A stretch of DNA of 52,603 nt from a virus (taxonomy: Duplodnaviria; Caudoviricetes). The notes under the pieces are model-generated. The model did not search any database and was not told where the DNA came from. It saw nothing but the letters and a program-made list of their open reading frames with translations. The stretch is taken from positions 1 to 52,603 of IMG/VR virus record IMGVR_UViG_3300045855_000012. The stretch is one strand, 5' to 3'. Of this stretch, positions 17,932-26,548 are shown in pieces; positions within the stretch are counted from its first letter, which is position 1; every line of letters starts with the position of its first letter. Position numbers and translations under genes: made by a program.

Positions 17932-18268
17932 GATAAAAACTCCAATGAGTGTAGTCACATTGCACACTATGCACAAGCATACTAACCCCACAAGATCACT
18001 TAGCAGTGAGCTTGTAAAATCTTATACTGTTAGATTCTCGCCCTTGAGGGCTTCGGTTAGATTAATTAATCTTCTGATAATCCACGGTGAACGGAACATC
18101 GTTAGCAAGCAAGGCAGTAATCCACTTTAGGGCATCCCCTTGTGTCGTGTACTTTTGCACACGAGTACGTCCGAAAAACTCACATGTGATAACGATGGTC
18201 ATATCTTCCCCCTTAGTGGTCAACTCTAACTTTTAAACCTTGTGACGCGATGGTCACCCTAACTACTA

Positions 18269-18284
18269 TGCAAGCGCCGTGCCA
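18269..18284 (-). promoter_or_regulatory. sigma54 -24/-12 element 1
   Basis: TGGCACGGCGCTTGCA, matches TGGCACG-N4-TTGCW exactly. Confidence 0.8.
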
Positions 18285-18332
18285 ACTATCTCAAACTAAC
18301 CAAAAAGGCACCAACTCGCACATATAGACATA

Positions 18333-18348
18333 AGCAAACCCCATGCCA
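18333..18348 (-). promoter_or_regulatory. sigma54 -24/-12 element 2
   Basis: TGGCATGGGGTTTGCT (GG-N10-GC). Confidence 0.75.
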
Positions 18349-18428
18349 ACTATGTGTTTTGTCCTATATGCGACGCTTTTACGTCGCTTTTACAGTGATT
18401 TACCCCTATTTCCCTACACTTGACAACA

Positions 18429-18444
18429 TGGCATAGGACTTGCT
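18429..18444 (+). promoter_or_regulatory. sigma54 -24/-12 element 3
   Basis: TGGCATAGGACTTGCT (GG-N10-GC). Confidence 0.7.
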
Positions 18445-18502
18445 AAGTGTGACATAAATGTTAGAACTATGACATAAAAGGCACAATGTGACACATCTTG
18501 TC

Positions 18503-18518
18503 AGGCACAATACTTGCT
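18503..18518 (+). promoter_or_regulatory. sigma54 -24/-12 element 4
   Basis: AGGCACAATACTTGCT (GG-N10-GC). Confidence 0.6.
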
Positions 18519-18659
18519 AGTGTGTTTATATGCTGCGCTTAGGCTTGCATAAGCACTATGCTGCATGTAAGCATGATGTATGCACTTTAATGCACATGGG
18601 TTGGATACTCCATGGGGTATAGCTCGCTCAAATGGGGTGGGCCTGTCTACCTAGTCGCC

Positions 18660-18672
18660 TAACTCATTGATT
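18660..18672 (-). promoter_or_regulatory. IHF consensus site
   Basis: AATCAATGAGTTA = WATCAANNNNTTR. Confidence 0.5.
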
Positions 18673-19159
18673 TATTATAATAGGACACACATCAAATTAT
18701 AACCCTATTACACACACAGAGGGGGGTGGGGGGAAAACTTGGTGGAGCAGCATTTGACGTAATGCACTCTGTTACATTTTTTATGATTTTTTTATACTGG
18801 GGTGTTAGCCAATTGATTTAAAGGGTCTAGGAGCTCTTGAAAGAGGTTGTGGCTACATTGGTATACCCTACTGCGATTAAACGCCGTACAGAGCGTTTAA
18901 GAGCCTTCTAGGGCTATTGCTTAATGCGCTCGACCCTATGGGCCTCGCGTAACAGCTCACAACAAGGAGTGGGTAATACGCAGTGTAATACGCATACATA
19001 GAATACAACTTACTTACAAGAATACCTTAGTATTCTTGTTATATACTTATATACTAGTATATTACTTATATTAGGGTATCATACTTTTATAAAAAGTCAA
19101 GTGTTATTTTCACTTACGTTCAAATAACCATAATTGACTATCTTGTTTACTACTACTAC

Positions 19160-19189
19160 TTGACTTGTCAAGAGTATTAATGATATAAT
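19160..19189 (+). promoter_or_regulatory. sigma70-type promoter for the packaging/structural arm
   Basis: TTGACT-18-TATAAT with extended TG. Confidence 0.7.
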
Positions 19190-19233
19190 ATAGGTACTCG
19201 CAAACAACTACGTTGTCTTGCTCGAATAAAACC

Positions 19234-19464
19234 ATGTTTAAGGAAACAATCTTGTCTAAACTCTTTGTCATTCTCGCAGTTACACTGCTCGGTCTAGGCT
19301 TCGCCATTGCTGGTGATTTGAAAGTGTTTTCTGGCACCTTCCAAGACGGTGCTGTGATGAAATGGGTATGCCCTCCGGGCGCTGCAGGTACAATTCCTTT
19401 CCAGTTTACAACACCTGAAGGTGGTCAATATTCTGCTCAAATATCTTGTGGTAACGGTGTCTAA
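19234..19464 (+). CDS. Small exported or membrane-anchored protein
   Basis: Signal-peptide-like KLFVILAVTLLGLGFAIA; two Cys in mature part. Confidence 0.6.
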   Translation: MFKETILSKLFVILAVTLLGLGFAIAGDLKVFSGTFQDGAVMKWVCPPGAAGTIPFQFTTPEGGQYSAQISCGNGV

Positions 19465-19499
19465 TTTTGCTACAAATTAAAACCAAGGGGCAAAATTAA

Positions 19500-20060
19500 G
19501 TGGCTTATAAACCTGTAACAAAAGATCGTTCTACCTTAGCTGAGACAAACTTGCGATGGTCGGAGAAGCAACGAATGGAAGCTGTGAACAGCTACCTCCT
19601 ACTCGGTAACCTCGCGCTCACAGCGCGTATACTGAACATCCCAGAGATTACTCTTCGTGTTTGGAAAGCTCAAACATGGTGGAAAGATGCTGTTCTGGAG
19701 ATTAAGAGTTCTGAGAAGGTTCAACTGTCCACTCGAATTCGTAAGCTTGTAGACGGAGCCTTGGCTGTAGTCGAAGATCGTTTGACCAACGGAGACTTTC
19801 AGTTTGACCAGAAAACTGGTGTAGTTGTACGCAAGCCGGTTAACATGAAAGATGCTCACAAGGTTGCCATTGACATGGCAGACAAGCATGAACAACTTGA
19901 ACGCTCTGAACGTCCTGAACAGACAGAGGAACATGTAGAGGATAAACTCCTGAAGCTTGCTGAGAAGTTTGCTGACATGGCTACAAAGAAGATTGAACAA
20001 AACAATAATGCATCCCGTACTGTTGACGTTGAGGATGTAGAAGATAACACAGCTCGGTAG
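19500..20060 (+). CDS. Putative terminase small subunit
   Basis: N-terminal HTH (LALTARILNIPEITLRVWK), size, position upstream of TerL. Confidence 0.7.
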   Translation: MAYKPVTKDRSTLAETNLRWSEKQRMEAVNSYLLLGNLALTARILNIPEITLRVWKAQTWWKDAVLEIKSSEKVQLSTRIRKLVDGALAVVEDRLTNGDFQFDQKTGVVVRKPVNMKDAHKVAIDMADKHEQLERSERPEQTEEHVEDKLLKLAEKFADMATKKIEQNNNASRTVDVEDVEDNTAR

Positions 20061-20125
20061 TGTAATGGGCAGCACAGCAGCCTCCAAATCTGCTTGTAGA
20101 GGTTCGAGTCCTTTCCGGGTTGCCA
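20051..20125 (+). tRNA. tRNA-Trp (CCA)
   Basis: Acceptor AGCTCGG/CCGGGTT, anticodon loop CTCCAAA, T arm AGAGG-TTCGAGT-CCTTT, encoded G-CCA end. Confidence 0.9.
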
Positions 20126-20183
20126 GATAACATGGCTCACCTGATTTACTTCGGTAGACGGGTGGGTTCTTTAAGGAGTACTC

Positions 20184-20471
20184 ATGCCATATATGACTGA
20201 TGGTCACCGTGATTACAAAAAGGAATACAAGCTTTATGCTGGAAAGCCCGCAGCTATTCACGCCAGATCAGAACGGACTACTCTTCGTAGACAAGCTAAT
20301 GCCAAAGGCATCACACACAAGGGTGACGGAAAAGACCTTGATCACATCCATCCCCTGTCAAAAGGTGGATCGAATACTCTCGCTAATACGAGAGTCGTTT
20401 CCCAACATCAAAACCGAAGTTTTAGTCGCAATCACGACGGCTCTCTTAAGCGAAACGACGGTCATAAATAA
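20184..20471 (+). CDS. HNH endonuclease (packaging module)
   Basis: GDGKDLDHIHPLSKGGSN..NTRVV..NRS. Confidence 0.85.
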   Translation: MPYMTDGHRDYKKEYKLYAGKPAAIHARSERTTLRRQANAKGITHKGDGKDLDHIHPLSKGGSNTLANTRVVSQHQNRSFSRNHDGSLKRNDGHK

Positions 20472-20480
20472 GATTTAACA

Positions 20481-21998
20481 ATGGCTCTTTCAGCAGACGT
20501 CATAGCCGGTCTAGTCGGCTCAGTCCTTGGTAACCGTTTCGATGGACGAAGTGCAACTCCCCCCTTCCACAAGGAGTGCTGGGAGTTGTGTACTAGTCCT
20601 GATAAGTTCGTAGCTATTGCAGCCCCACGGGGCCATGCTAAGTCTACTGCAGTGACACTAGGTTACGGATTGTCTACACTGCTGTTTCGTGAACGTAAGT
20701 TCATGCTTCTTGTTTCGGATACTGAATCCCAAGCGTCCTTGTTCTTAGGTACGTTTAAACAAGAGTTACAAGATAACGATGAGTTAATTGATTTGTTCCG
20801 TATAAAGCGGAGCGAGAATGGTTTAGTCAAGTTTGTGAAAGACTCAGAAACTGACATTATAGTTGAGTGTGAGGACGGACATAAGTTTCGGATCATTGCC
20901 AAGGGAGCAGAACAGAAGCTCCGTGGATTAATCTGGAACGGGTCGCGTCCTGACATCATTATGTGCGATGACATGGAGAATGACGAGCTTGTGATGAACA
21001 AGGAACGTCGTGATAAGATGCGTAGATGGTTCAAGGGTGCTCTGCTACCCTGTCGATCTGACAATGGCATCATCCGTATTGTAGGCACCATCTTGCACAA
21101 CGACTCTTTGCTTGAATCATTCATGCCGAATGACTCTGACAAGATGACCCAACGGGTTGGTCTTAAAACTTTCACTACTCGCAAGTCGATGTGGAAAGCA
21201 GTTAAGTACCGAGCACACAATGAAGACTTCTCTGAGCTTCTCTGGCCTTCCAAGAAGAGTGCTGATGAGTTTAAGATGATGTATAACGAGGCTGTACGTG
21301 ATGGTACAACAGATATTTACTCACAAGAGTACTTGAATGTCCCTCTTGACGAGTCAGTTACCTTCTTCAAGAAGAGTGACTTCCTTGCAACTACGCAAGA
21401 AGATCGTCAAAACAAGATGCATCACTACATCACTGCTGACTTAGCCATTTCAGAATCAGAAAAAGCTGACTATTCGGTGTTCATTCTTGCTGGAGTGGAT
21501 GAAAACAAGATTATTCACATCAAAGACGTCATACGTGAGCGTCTAGATGGTCGTCAAATCGTTGACAATCTGCTGTTTATGAACCAAGTTTATGATCCTG
21601 AGGCCGTAGGCATCGAGGACATGCAGGTTTCTAAGTCAATTGGCCCCTTCCTACGGGAAGAGATGATTAAAAATAACAACTACCTTAGTCTTGTGCCCCT
21701 AAAGCATGGGGGTAAGGATAAAATTACACGTTCTCGCTCAATTCAGGCTCGTATGAGAGCCCACAGTGTTAAGTTTAACAAGGAAGCGGATTGGTATCCC
21801 ATCTTTGAGAACGAATGTTTAACCTTTCCTCGTGGTAAGCATGATGACCAAGTAGATGCATTTGCTTATCTAGGTCTGATGCTTGACAAACTCATAGAGG
21901 CCCCTACTAAAGAAGAAATAGAGGAAGACGAATATGATGCCGAACTCAGGAATGGCGAGTCAGCAAGCACCGGGCAGTCAGCAACAACAGGATACTAG
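20481..21998 (+). CDS. terL: Terminase large subunit
   Basis: APRGHAKST, IIMCDDME, ITADLA, HDDQVDA. Confidence 0.93.
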   Translation: MALSADVIAGLVGSVLGNRFDGRSATPPFHKECWELCTSPDKFVAIAAPRGHAKSTAVTLGYGLSTLLFRERKFMLLVSDTESQASLFLGTFKQELQDNDELIDLFRIKRSENGLVKFVKDSETDIIVECEDGHKFRIIAKGAEQKLRGLIWNGSRPDIIMCDDMENDELVMNKERRDKMRRWFKGALLPCRSDNGIIRIVGTILHNDSLLESFMPNDSDKMTQRVGLKTFTTRKSMWKAVKYRAHNEDFSELLWPSKKSADEFKMMYNEAVRDGTTDIYSQEYLNVPLDESVTFFKKSDFLATTQEDRQNKMHHYITADLAISESEKADYSVFILAGVDENKIIHIKDVIRERLDGRQIVDNLLFMNQVYDPEAVGIEDMQVSKSIGPFLREEMIKNNNYLSLVPLKHGGKDKITRSRSIQARMRAHSVKFNKEADWYPIFENECLTFPRGKHDDQVDAFAYLGLMLDKLIEAPTKEEIEEDEYDAELRNGESASTGQSATTGY

Positions 21999-24135
21999 TC
22001 AACTGCCTAGTGCTCCTCAAGCTCTACCCAATCAAATGGGTACACAGCCTCTTCAACCTCCTGTCCAACAGGAACCTACTGACGCTCTCCGTGGTATCAT
22101 TGAATCTAAGAACATTGCTAAAGACTTGGATGATGATAAACTGCATACCATTGGCTCTAATGCTCTTGAGGGATACCAGCAGGACGTTGAATCTCGCAAG
22201 GCTTGGGAACAAGCTATGGAAGAGTGGACGAAGTTGGCTACCCAGCATCGTGAGGACAAGACATATCCGTGGCCTAAGGCTTCCAATGTCAAATACCCTC
22301 TACTCACTACTGCTGCCATGCAATTTGCTGCTAGGTCTTATCCTAGCCTTATCCCTAGCGATGGTAAACTTGTTAAGTCTACTGTAATTGGTAAAGACCC
22401 AGATGGTTTAAAATATGCTCAGGCTGATCGTGTCTCCATGTACATGTCTTACCAGATTATGCATGAGATGGTTGGTTGGGAAGAAGGAATGGACAAGCTT
22501 CTCATCATGCTTCCTGTCGTAGGAACTGTGTTCAAGAAGACCTACTGGGATTCGATTACAAAGAAGGTTAAGTCTGACGTTATCCTGCCAAAGAACTTGG
22601 TGGTTAACTACTGGGCTAAAAGCCTCAAAGAAGCTGAACGTATCTCTCAAGTGATTGAGATGAGTCCTCGGATTTTGAAAGAGCGTCAACTGGCTGGAGT
22701 ATTCCTAGACGTTGATTTGGGTACTGCTCCAACTCCTGAAAATAGACGAAGTGAGAACATCCCTCCAAATGATAAGACTACTCCTTACACTATCATTGAG
22801 CAGCATACTTATCTGGACTTGGATGATGACGAATATCCAGAACCTTACATTGTAACCTTTCACCTTGAAACTGGTAAGGTACTTCGCATCGCCGCAAGGT
22901 TTGATGAGAATACCATTACTCAGGATGATGAGGGAAAGAAGATCATTAAGATTGAACCAATTGAGTACTTCACCAAATTCGGATTCATTCCCAATCCCGA
23001 TGGTAGTTTCTATGATTTGGGATTCGGTGTTCTCCTCGGACCTATTAACGAGGCAGTTAACTCTCTTATCAACCAACTTATCGACAGCGGCACACTTAAC
23101 AACCTGCAGTCTGGATTCCTTGGAAAAGGTCTTAAAGTCCGACTTGGTGAAACTAAGTTCATGCCCGGAGAATGGAAAGCTGTAAACTCCACTGGCTCTG
23201 ATCTGAAGCAACAGATTGTTCCTTTGCCTAGCAAAGAGCCTTCTACTACTTTATTTCAATTGATGGGTTCAATGATTTCATCTGGTAAGGAATTGGCCTC
23301 CGTCGCAGAGATTTTCGTAGGTAAGATGCCCGGTCAGAATACTCCTGCTACCACGACAATGGCTACCATTGATCAAGGTATGAAGGTGTTTACGGCTGTG
23401 TACAAACGCATCTACCGATCCCTCGCCGAAGAATTCCAGAAGTTGTTTGAGTTGAATGCAGCTTACCTGAATCCAAACACATACCAAGATGTGATTAACA
23501 TCACTATTGGTCCTGCTGACTTCTCTCAGAAGCAGTATAAGATTTGTCCCGGTGCGGACCCTTCAGCAATCAGTCAAACTGAGAAGCTAATCAAAGCACA
23601 AGGGCTTCAGGAGATGCTCCCTATGGGAGTCCTAGACCCAGTCAAGGTAGCAATGCGTATGTTGGAAGCTCAAGAGCAACACAACATTCAAGACTTGCTA
23701 AACCCTCAAGTTGCCCAGACAGGTCAACTGCCACAACGTGCTGACCCTAAACTCTTAGAGAGTCAGGCTAAAGTACAAGCTATCCAGCAAGTGTCTCAGA
23801 TTAAACAGCAGGAAGCTGCTAGTAAATCGGAGATGAACCAACGGGATGCTCAGTTTAAACAAGCTATGGCAGCGCAACAAGCTGACCAAGACATGCGCCA
23901 CAAGGCGATGATGGCTAAGCTTGAGGAAGCAATTCAAATCCACTCTGCCAATATGAAGACCGCTACGGATCAACAGGCAGCTAACCAGACATTGATGCAG
24001 AATCATTCGGCACATCAGCAGGACATTGTACAGAAGCACGTAGGACATGTGCAGAAGGTACGACAAACCGAGCAGATGGGGCACGTCCAACGGCAACAGG
24101 CTGCCAAACAAAAGCCACCTTCCAAAGGGAAATAA
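21934..24135 (+). CDS. Portal protein
   Basis: Follows TerL; PWPKASNVKYPLL motif; Gln-rich coiled-coil C-terminus like the P22 portal barrel; alternative start 21952. Confidence 0.85.
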   Translation: MMPNSGMASQQAPGSQQQQDTSQLPSAPQALPNQMGTQPLQPPVQQEPTDALRGIIESKNIAKDLDDDKLHTIGSNALEGYQQDVESRKAWEQAMEEWTKLATQHREDKTYPWPKASNVKYPLLTTAAMQFAARSYPSLIPSDGKLVKSTVIGKDPDGLKYAQADRVSMYMSYQIMHEMVGWEEGMDKLLIMLPVVGTVFKKTYWDSITKKVKSDVILPKNLVVNYWAKSLKEAERISQVIEMSPRILKERQLAGVFLDVDLGTAPTPENRRSENIPPNDKTTPYTIIEQHTYLDLDDDEYPEPYIVTFHLETGKVLRIAARFDENTITQDDEGKKIIKIEPIEYFTKFGFIPNPDGSFYDLGFGVLLGPINEAVNSLINQLIDSGTLNNLQSGFLGKGLKVRLGETKFMPGEWKAVNSTGSDLKQQIVPLPSKEPSTTLFQLMGSMISSGKELASVAEIFVGKMPGQNTPATTTMATIDQGMKVFTAVYKRIYRSLAEEFQKLFELNAAYLNPNTYQDVINITIGPADFSQKQYKICPGADPSAISQTEKLIKAQGLQEMLPMGVLDPVKVAMRMLEAQEQHNIQDLLNPQVAQTGQLPQRADPKLLESQAKVQAIQQVSQIKQQEAASKSEMNQRDAQFKQAMAAQQADQDMRHKAMMAKLEEAIQIHSANMKTATDQQAANQTLMQNHSAHQQDIVQKHVGHVQKVRQTEQMGHVQRQQAAKQKPPSKGK

Positions 24136-24141
24136 AGTAAA

Positions 24142-24348
24142 ATGAATCGTCAGGATTTTAAAGATTGGCAATCACAACCAATCACTAAAGCCTACTTTCT
24201 AGCCATTACCAATCGTATTGAGCTATTGAAAGAGGAGCTTGCACAGAGTGCTGCAGATGATCCCAAATGGGACGCTGTTAAACGCGGTGCTATAGCAGCT
24301 TTACGTGATATTACGGATGTTGATTGGTTTGAGGAAACACAAGTATGA
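24142..24348 (+). CDS. Hypothetical protein
   Basis: Packed ORF after portal. Confidence 0.7.
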   Translation: MNRQDFKDWQSQPITKAYFLAITNRIELLKEELAQSAADDPKWDAVKRGAIAALRDITDVDWFEETQV

Positions 24349-24671
24349 TTGCACCACTCCTACATCGCATCATCGTCAAGCAACACAAGCTTGCCGAGGT
24401 AAATAAGGACTACAAACGTGCTGAAGCAATTGGCTTATACATCCCAGAACATGAGGATACTAAGCGCGCTCAAGCAGGTGTAGACAAAGGAATTGTTGTC
24501 TCTATTGGCCCTACGGCTTACCGAGATTTTAATGTGCCTTGCCCTATTAGCATTGGAGATACTGTAGCTTTCGCTAGGTTTAGCGGTAAGGTTATTGTTG
24601 ACCCCACAGATGAAGAAGAATACGTCGCTCTTAATGATGAAGACGTTGTTGCAATACTGACTAAGGAATAA
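24345..24671 (+). CDS. groES: GroES/Cpn10-like co-chaperonin
   Basis: PLLHRIIVK, GLYIP, GIVVSIGP, GDTVAF..FSG, LNDEDVVAIL. Confidence 0.85.
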   Translation: MIAPLLHRIIVKQHKLAEVNKDYKRAEAIGLYIPEHEDTKRAQAGVDKGIVVSIGPTAYRDFNVPCPISIGDTVAFARFSGKVIVDPTDEEEYVALNDEDVVAILTKE

Positions 24672-24672
24672 A

Positions 24673-25440
24673 ATGGCTGATGAACTAATCCCTGAAGGCG
24701 AAGCGCCTATTGTTGAACATTCCCCTACGGAACTTAAAGCCATTGAATCTGGCTGGGTTCCGAAGGAAGACTTTCAAGGTGACGAACACAAATGGGTTGA
24801 AGCAGGAGAATTCTTGCGCCGTGGTGAACTCTTCAAGAAGATTGAGGACCAAGGTAAACAACTCAAGGATGTACGCTCTGCCTTGAATGAGATGAAAAAA
24901 CTCAACGGACAAATCCAAGAAGTTGAGTATAAGCGCGCCCTAGACACTCTAAAAGCACAAAAGAAAGCTGCTCTTGAGGACGGCGACGCCGACGCAGTTA
25001 TTGCTGCAGATGATCGAATCGACATGGTTAAGGAACAGCAAAAGGAGATGCAACGACAAGCTCCTTCTGTCCAATCTGATGAAGGTTCTGAACATCCTGA
25101 ATTCGTTGCATGGACGGAACAGAATAACTGGTATAAATCCTCTACTCCCATGAAAGCATTCGCTGATGCTTTGGGACAAGAGTTAGCTAGGGCAGGGAAT
25201 AGCCCTTCAGAAGTGCTTAAGAAAGTAGCTGCTGAAGTACGCAAAGAGTTCCCTAATAAATTCCGCAATCCTAATCAGGATAAAGCAGGAGCCGTGGAAG
25301 GTGGTACTGGCCGTGGTGTTAACACTACTGGCAAGTTCTCTCTCTCAGATGAAGAACGCTCTGTTATGAATAAGTTTGTCCGCCAAGGCGTGATGACTGA
25401 AAAAGAATATGTAGAGCAACTTAAGAAAGTTCGAGGATAA
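24673..25440 (+). CDS. Putative scaffolding protein
   Basis: Acidic coiled-coil protein upstream of capsid genes. Confidence 0.65.
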   Translation: MADELIPEGEAPIVEHSPTELKAIESGWVPKEDFQGDEHKWVEAGEFLRRGELFKKIEDQGKQLKDVRSALNEMKKLNGQIQEVEYKRALDTLKAQKKAALEDGDADAVIAADDRIDMVKEQQKEMQRQAPSVQSDEGSEHPEFVAWTEQNNWYKSSTPMKAFADALGQELARAGNSPSEVLKKVAAEVRKEFPNKFRNPNQDKAGAVEGGTGRGVNTTGKFSLSDEERSVMNKFVRQGVMTEKEYVEQLKKVRG

Positions 25441-25444
25441 CATA

Positions 25445-25852
25445 ATGTCTGAAAAAGAAGCAATTTCTAAGGCTCCAGTGAGCCGCGTTACGCGAGTGCC
25501 CGTAAGCCAGCGTAACATTCTTACGGTAAAGGGTAAAGACCCAAACTATGAATACCGAGTCGTGAACGATACAGAAGATCGCATCGCGCAATTCCTTGAT
25601 GGCGGGTATGAACTCGTTGACAAGGCTTCTGTTGATGTGGGTGACAAGCGTGTATCTCAAGGTACAAGTGTTGGTTCCAAGAAAGTGTTTTCTGTAGGTC
25701 AAGGCATTAAAGGCCATCTCATGCGAATCCCTCGGGAATTGTATGAAGAAGATCAACGTAATAAACAAGCTTTTGTGAACCTTCAAGAAGCCTCCATCAA
25801 AGAAAAAGCTCTTGATGGTAATTATGGAACTCTCGATATTAAGCGAGACTGA
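25445..25852 (+). CDS. Hypothetical head-module protein
   Basis: Packed ORF. Confidence 0.7.
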   Translation: MSEKEAISKAPVSRVTRVPVSQRNILTVKGKDPNYEYRVVNDTEDRIAQFLDGGYELVDKASVDVGDKRVSQGTSVGSKKVFSVGQGIKGHLMRIPRELYEEDQRNKQAFVNLQEASIKEKALDGNYGTLDIKRD

Positions 25853-25906
25853 TCTATTCTATTGCCATTAGGAATCCCACAAATTTGACTATTTGGAGTA
25901 TTACTA

Positions 25907-26530
25907 ATGTCAAGTGTTTCTCGTCTTAACGGGTTTCGTCCCGTTAAAACTATCACTGGTGCCCCCTATAACGGCCAAGGTGAAGTTGCGTTTCTTCCCG
26001 CCTCCGACTCCACAGTTGTGATGGTTGGTGATGCTGTGAAGCTGCTGGGCGATGCCCGTAGCCCCACTGGCGCCCCTACTGTTACTCGTGTATCTGCTGG
26101 TACAGATATCCCGTTTGGTATTGTTGTTGGTATTCTTTTCACTGGTGTAGGCGACATTCAAAACGTTCCTCCTGTCACCGATCTGAATACCCCTATGTAT
26201 CGTCGTGCATCTACTGACCGTTATGTGTTGGTGTGTACTGATCCTAGCGTTGTGTATGAAGCTCAGTATCTGACAACCTCAGTTGCTGGTGCTACCATTA
26301 CAGCTAACGTCGGTTTGAACGGTAGCTTCGATGTGACCGCTGGTTCCACCACTTCTGGTAGTTCTGGTATGTCTATTGCTGCTCTGTCTGCTACTACGGC
26401 TACATTGCCCCTTAAAGTGGTTGGCTTCCCCAATCGTCCTGATAACGTTCCCGGCGACACCTATTTCAGTTACTATGTTAAGCTCAACAGCTCGACCAAT
26501 AGTACTGGCACTGGTCAGACTGGCGTTTAA
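25907..26530 (+). CDS. Putative capsid decoration/minor head protein
   Basis: GFRPVK...MVGDAV pattern, directly upstream of MCP. Confidence 0.6.
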   Translation: MSSVSRLNGFRPVKTITGAPYNGQGEVAFLPASDSTVVMVGDAVKLLGDARSPTGAPTVTRVSAGTDIPFGIVVGILFTGVGDIQNVPPVTDLNTPMYRRASTDRYVLVCTDPSVVYEAQYLTTSVAGATITANVGLNGSFDVTAGSTTSGSSGMSIAALSATTATLPLKVVGFPNRPDNVPGDTYFSYYVKLNSSTNSTGTGQTGV

Positions 26531-26548
26531 TCAATAAAGGAGCAATAA

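Noticed and set aside
18241-18258. CRP site (TGTGA...TCAC)
   Set aside because: Spacer is 8 nt, not 6
18000-19200. CRISPR mini-array
   Set aside because: No equal-length repeats with unique spacers; only short motifs
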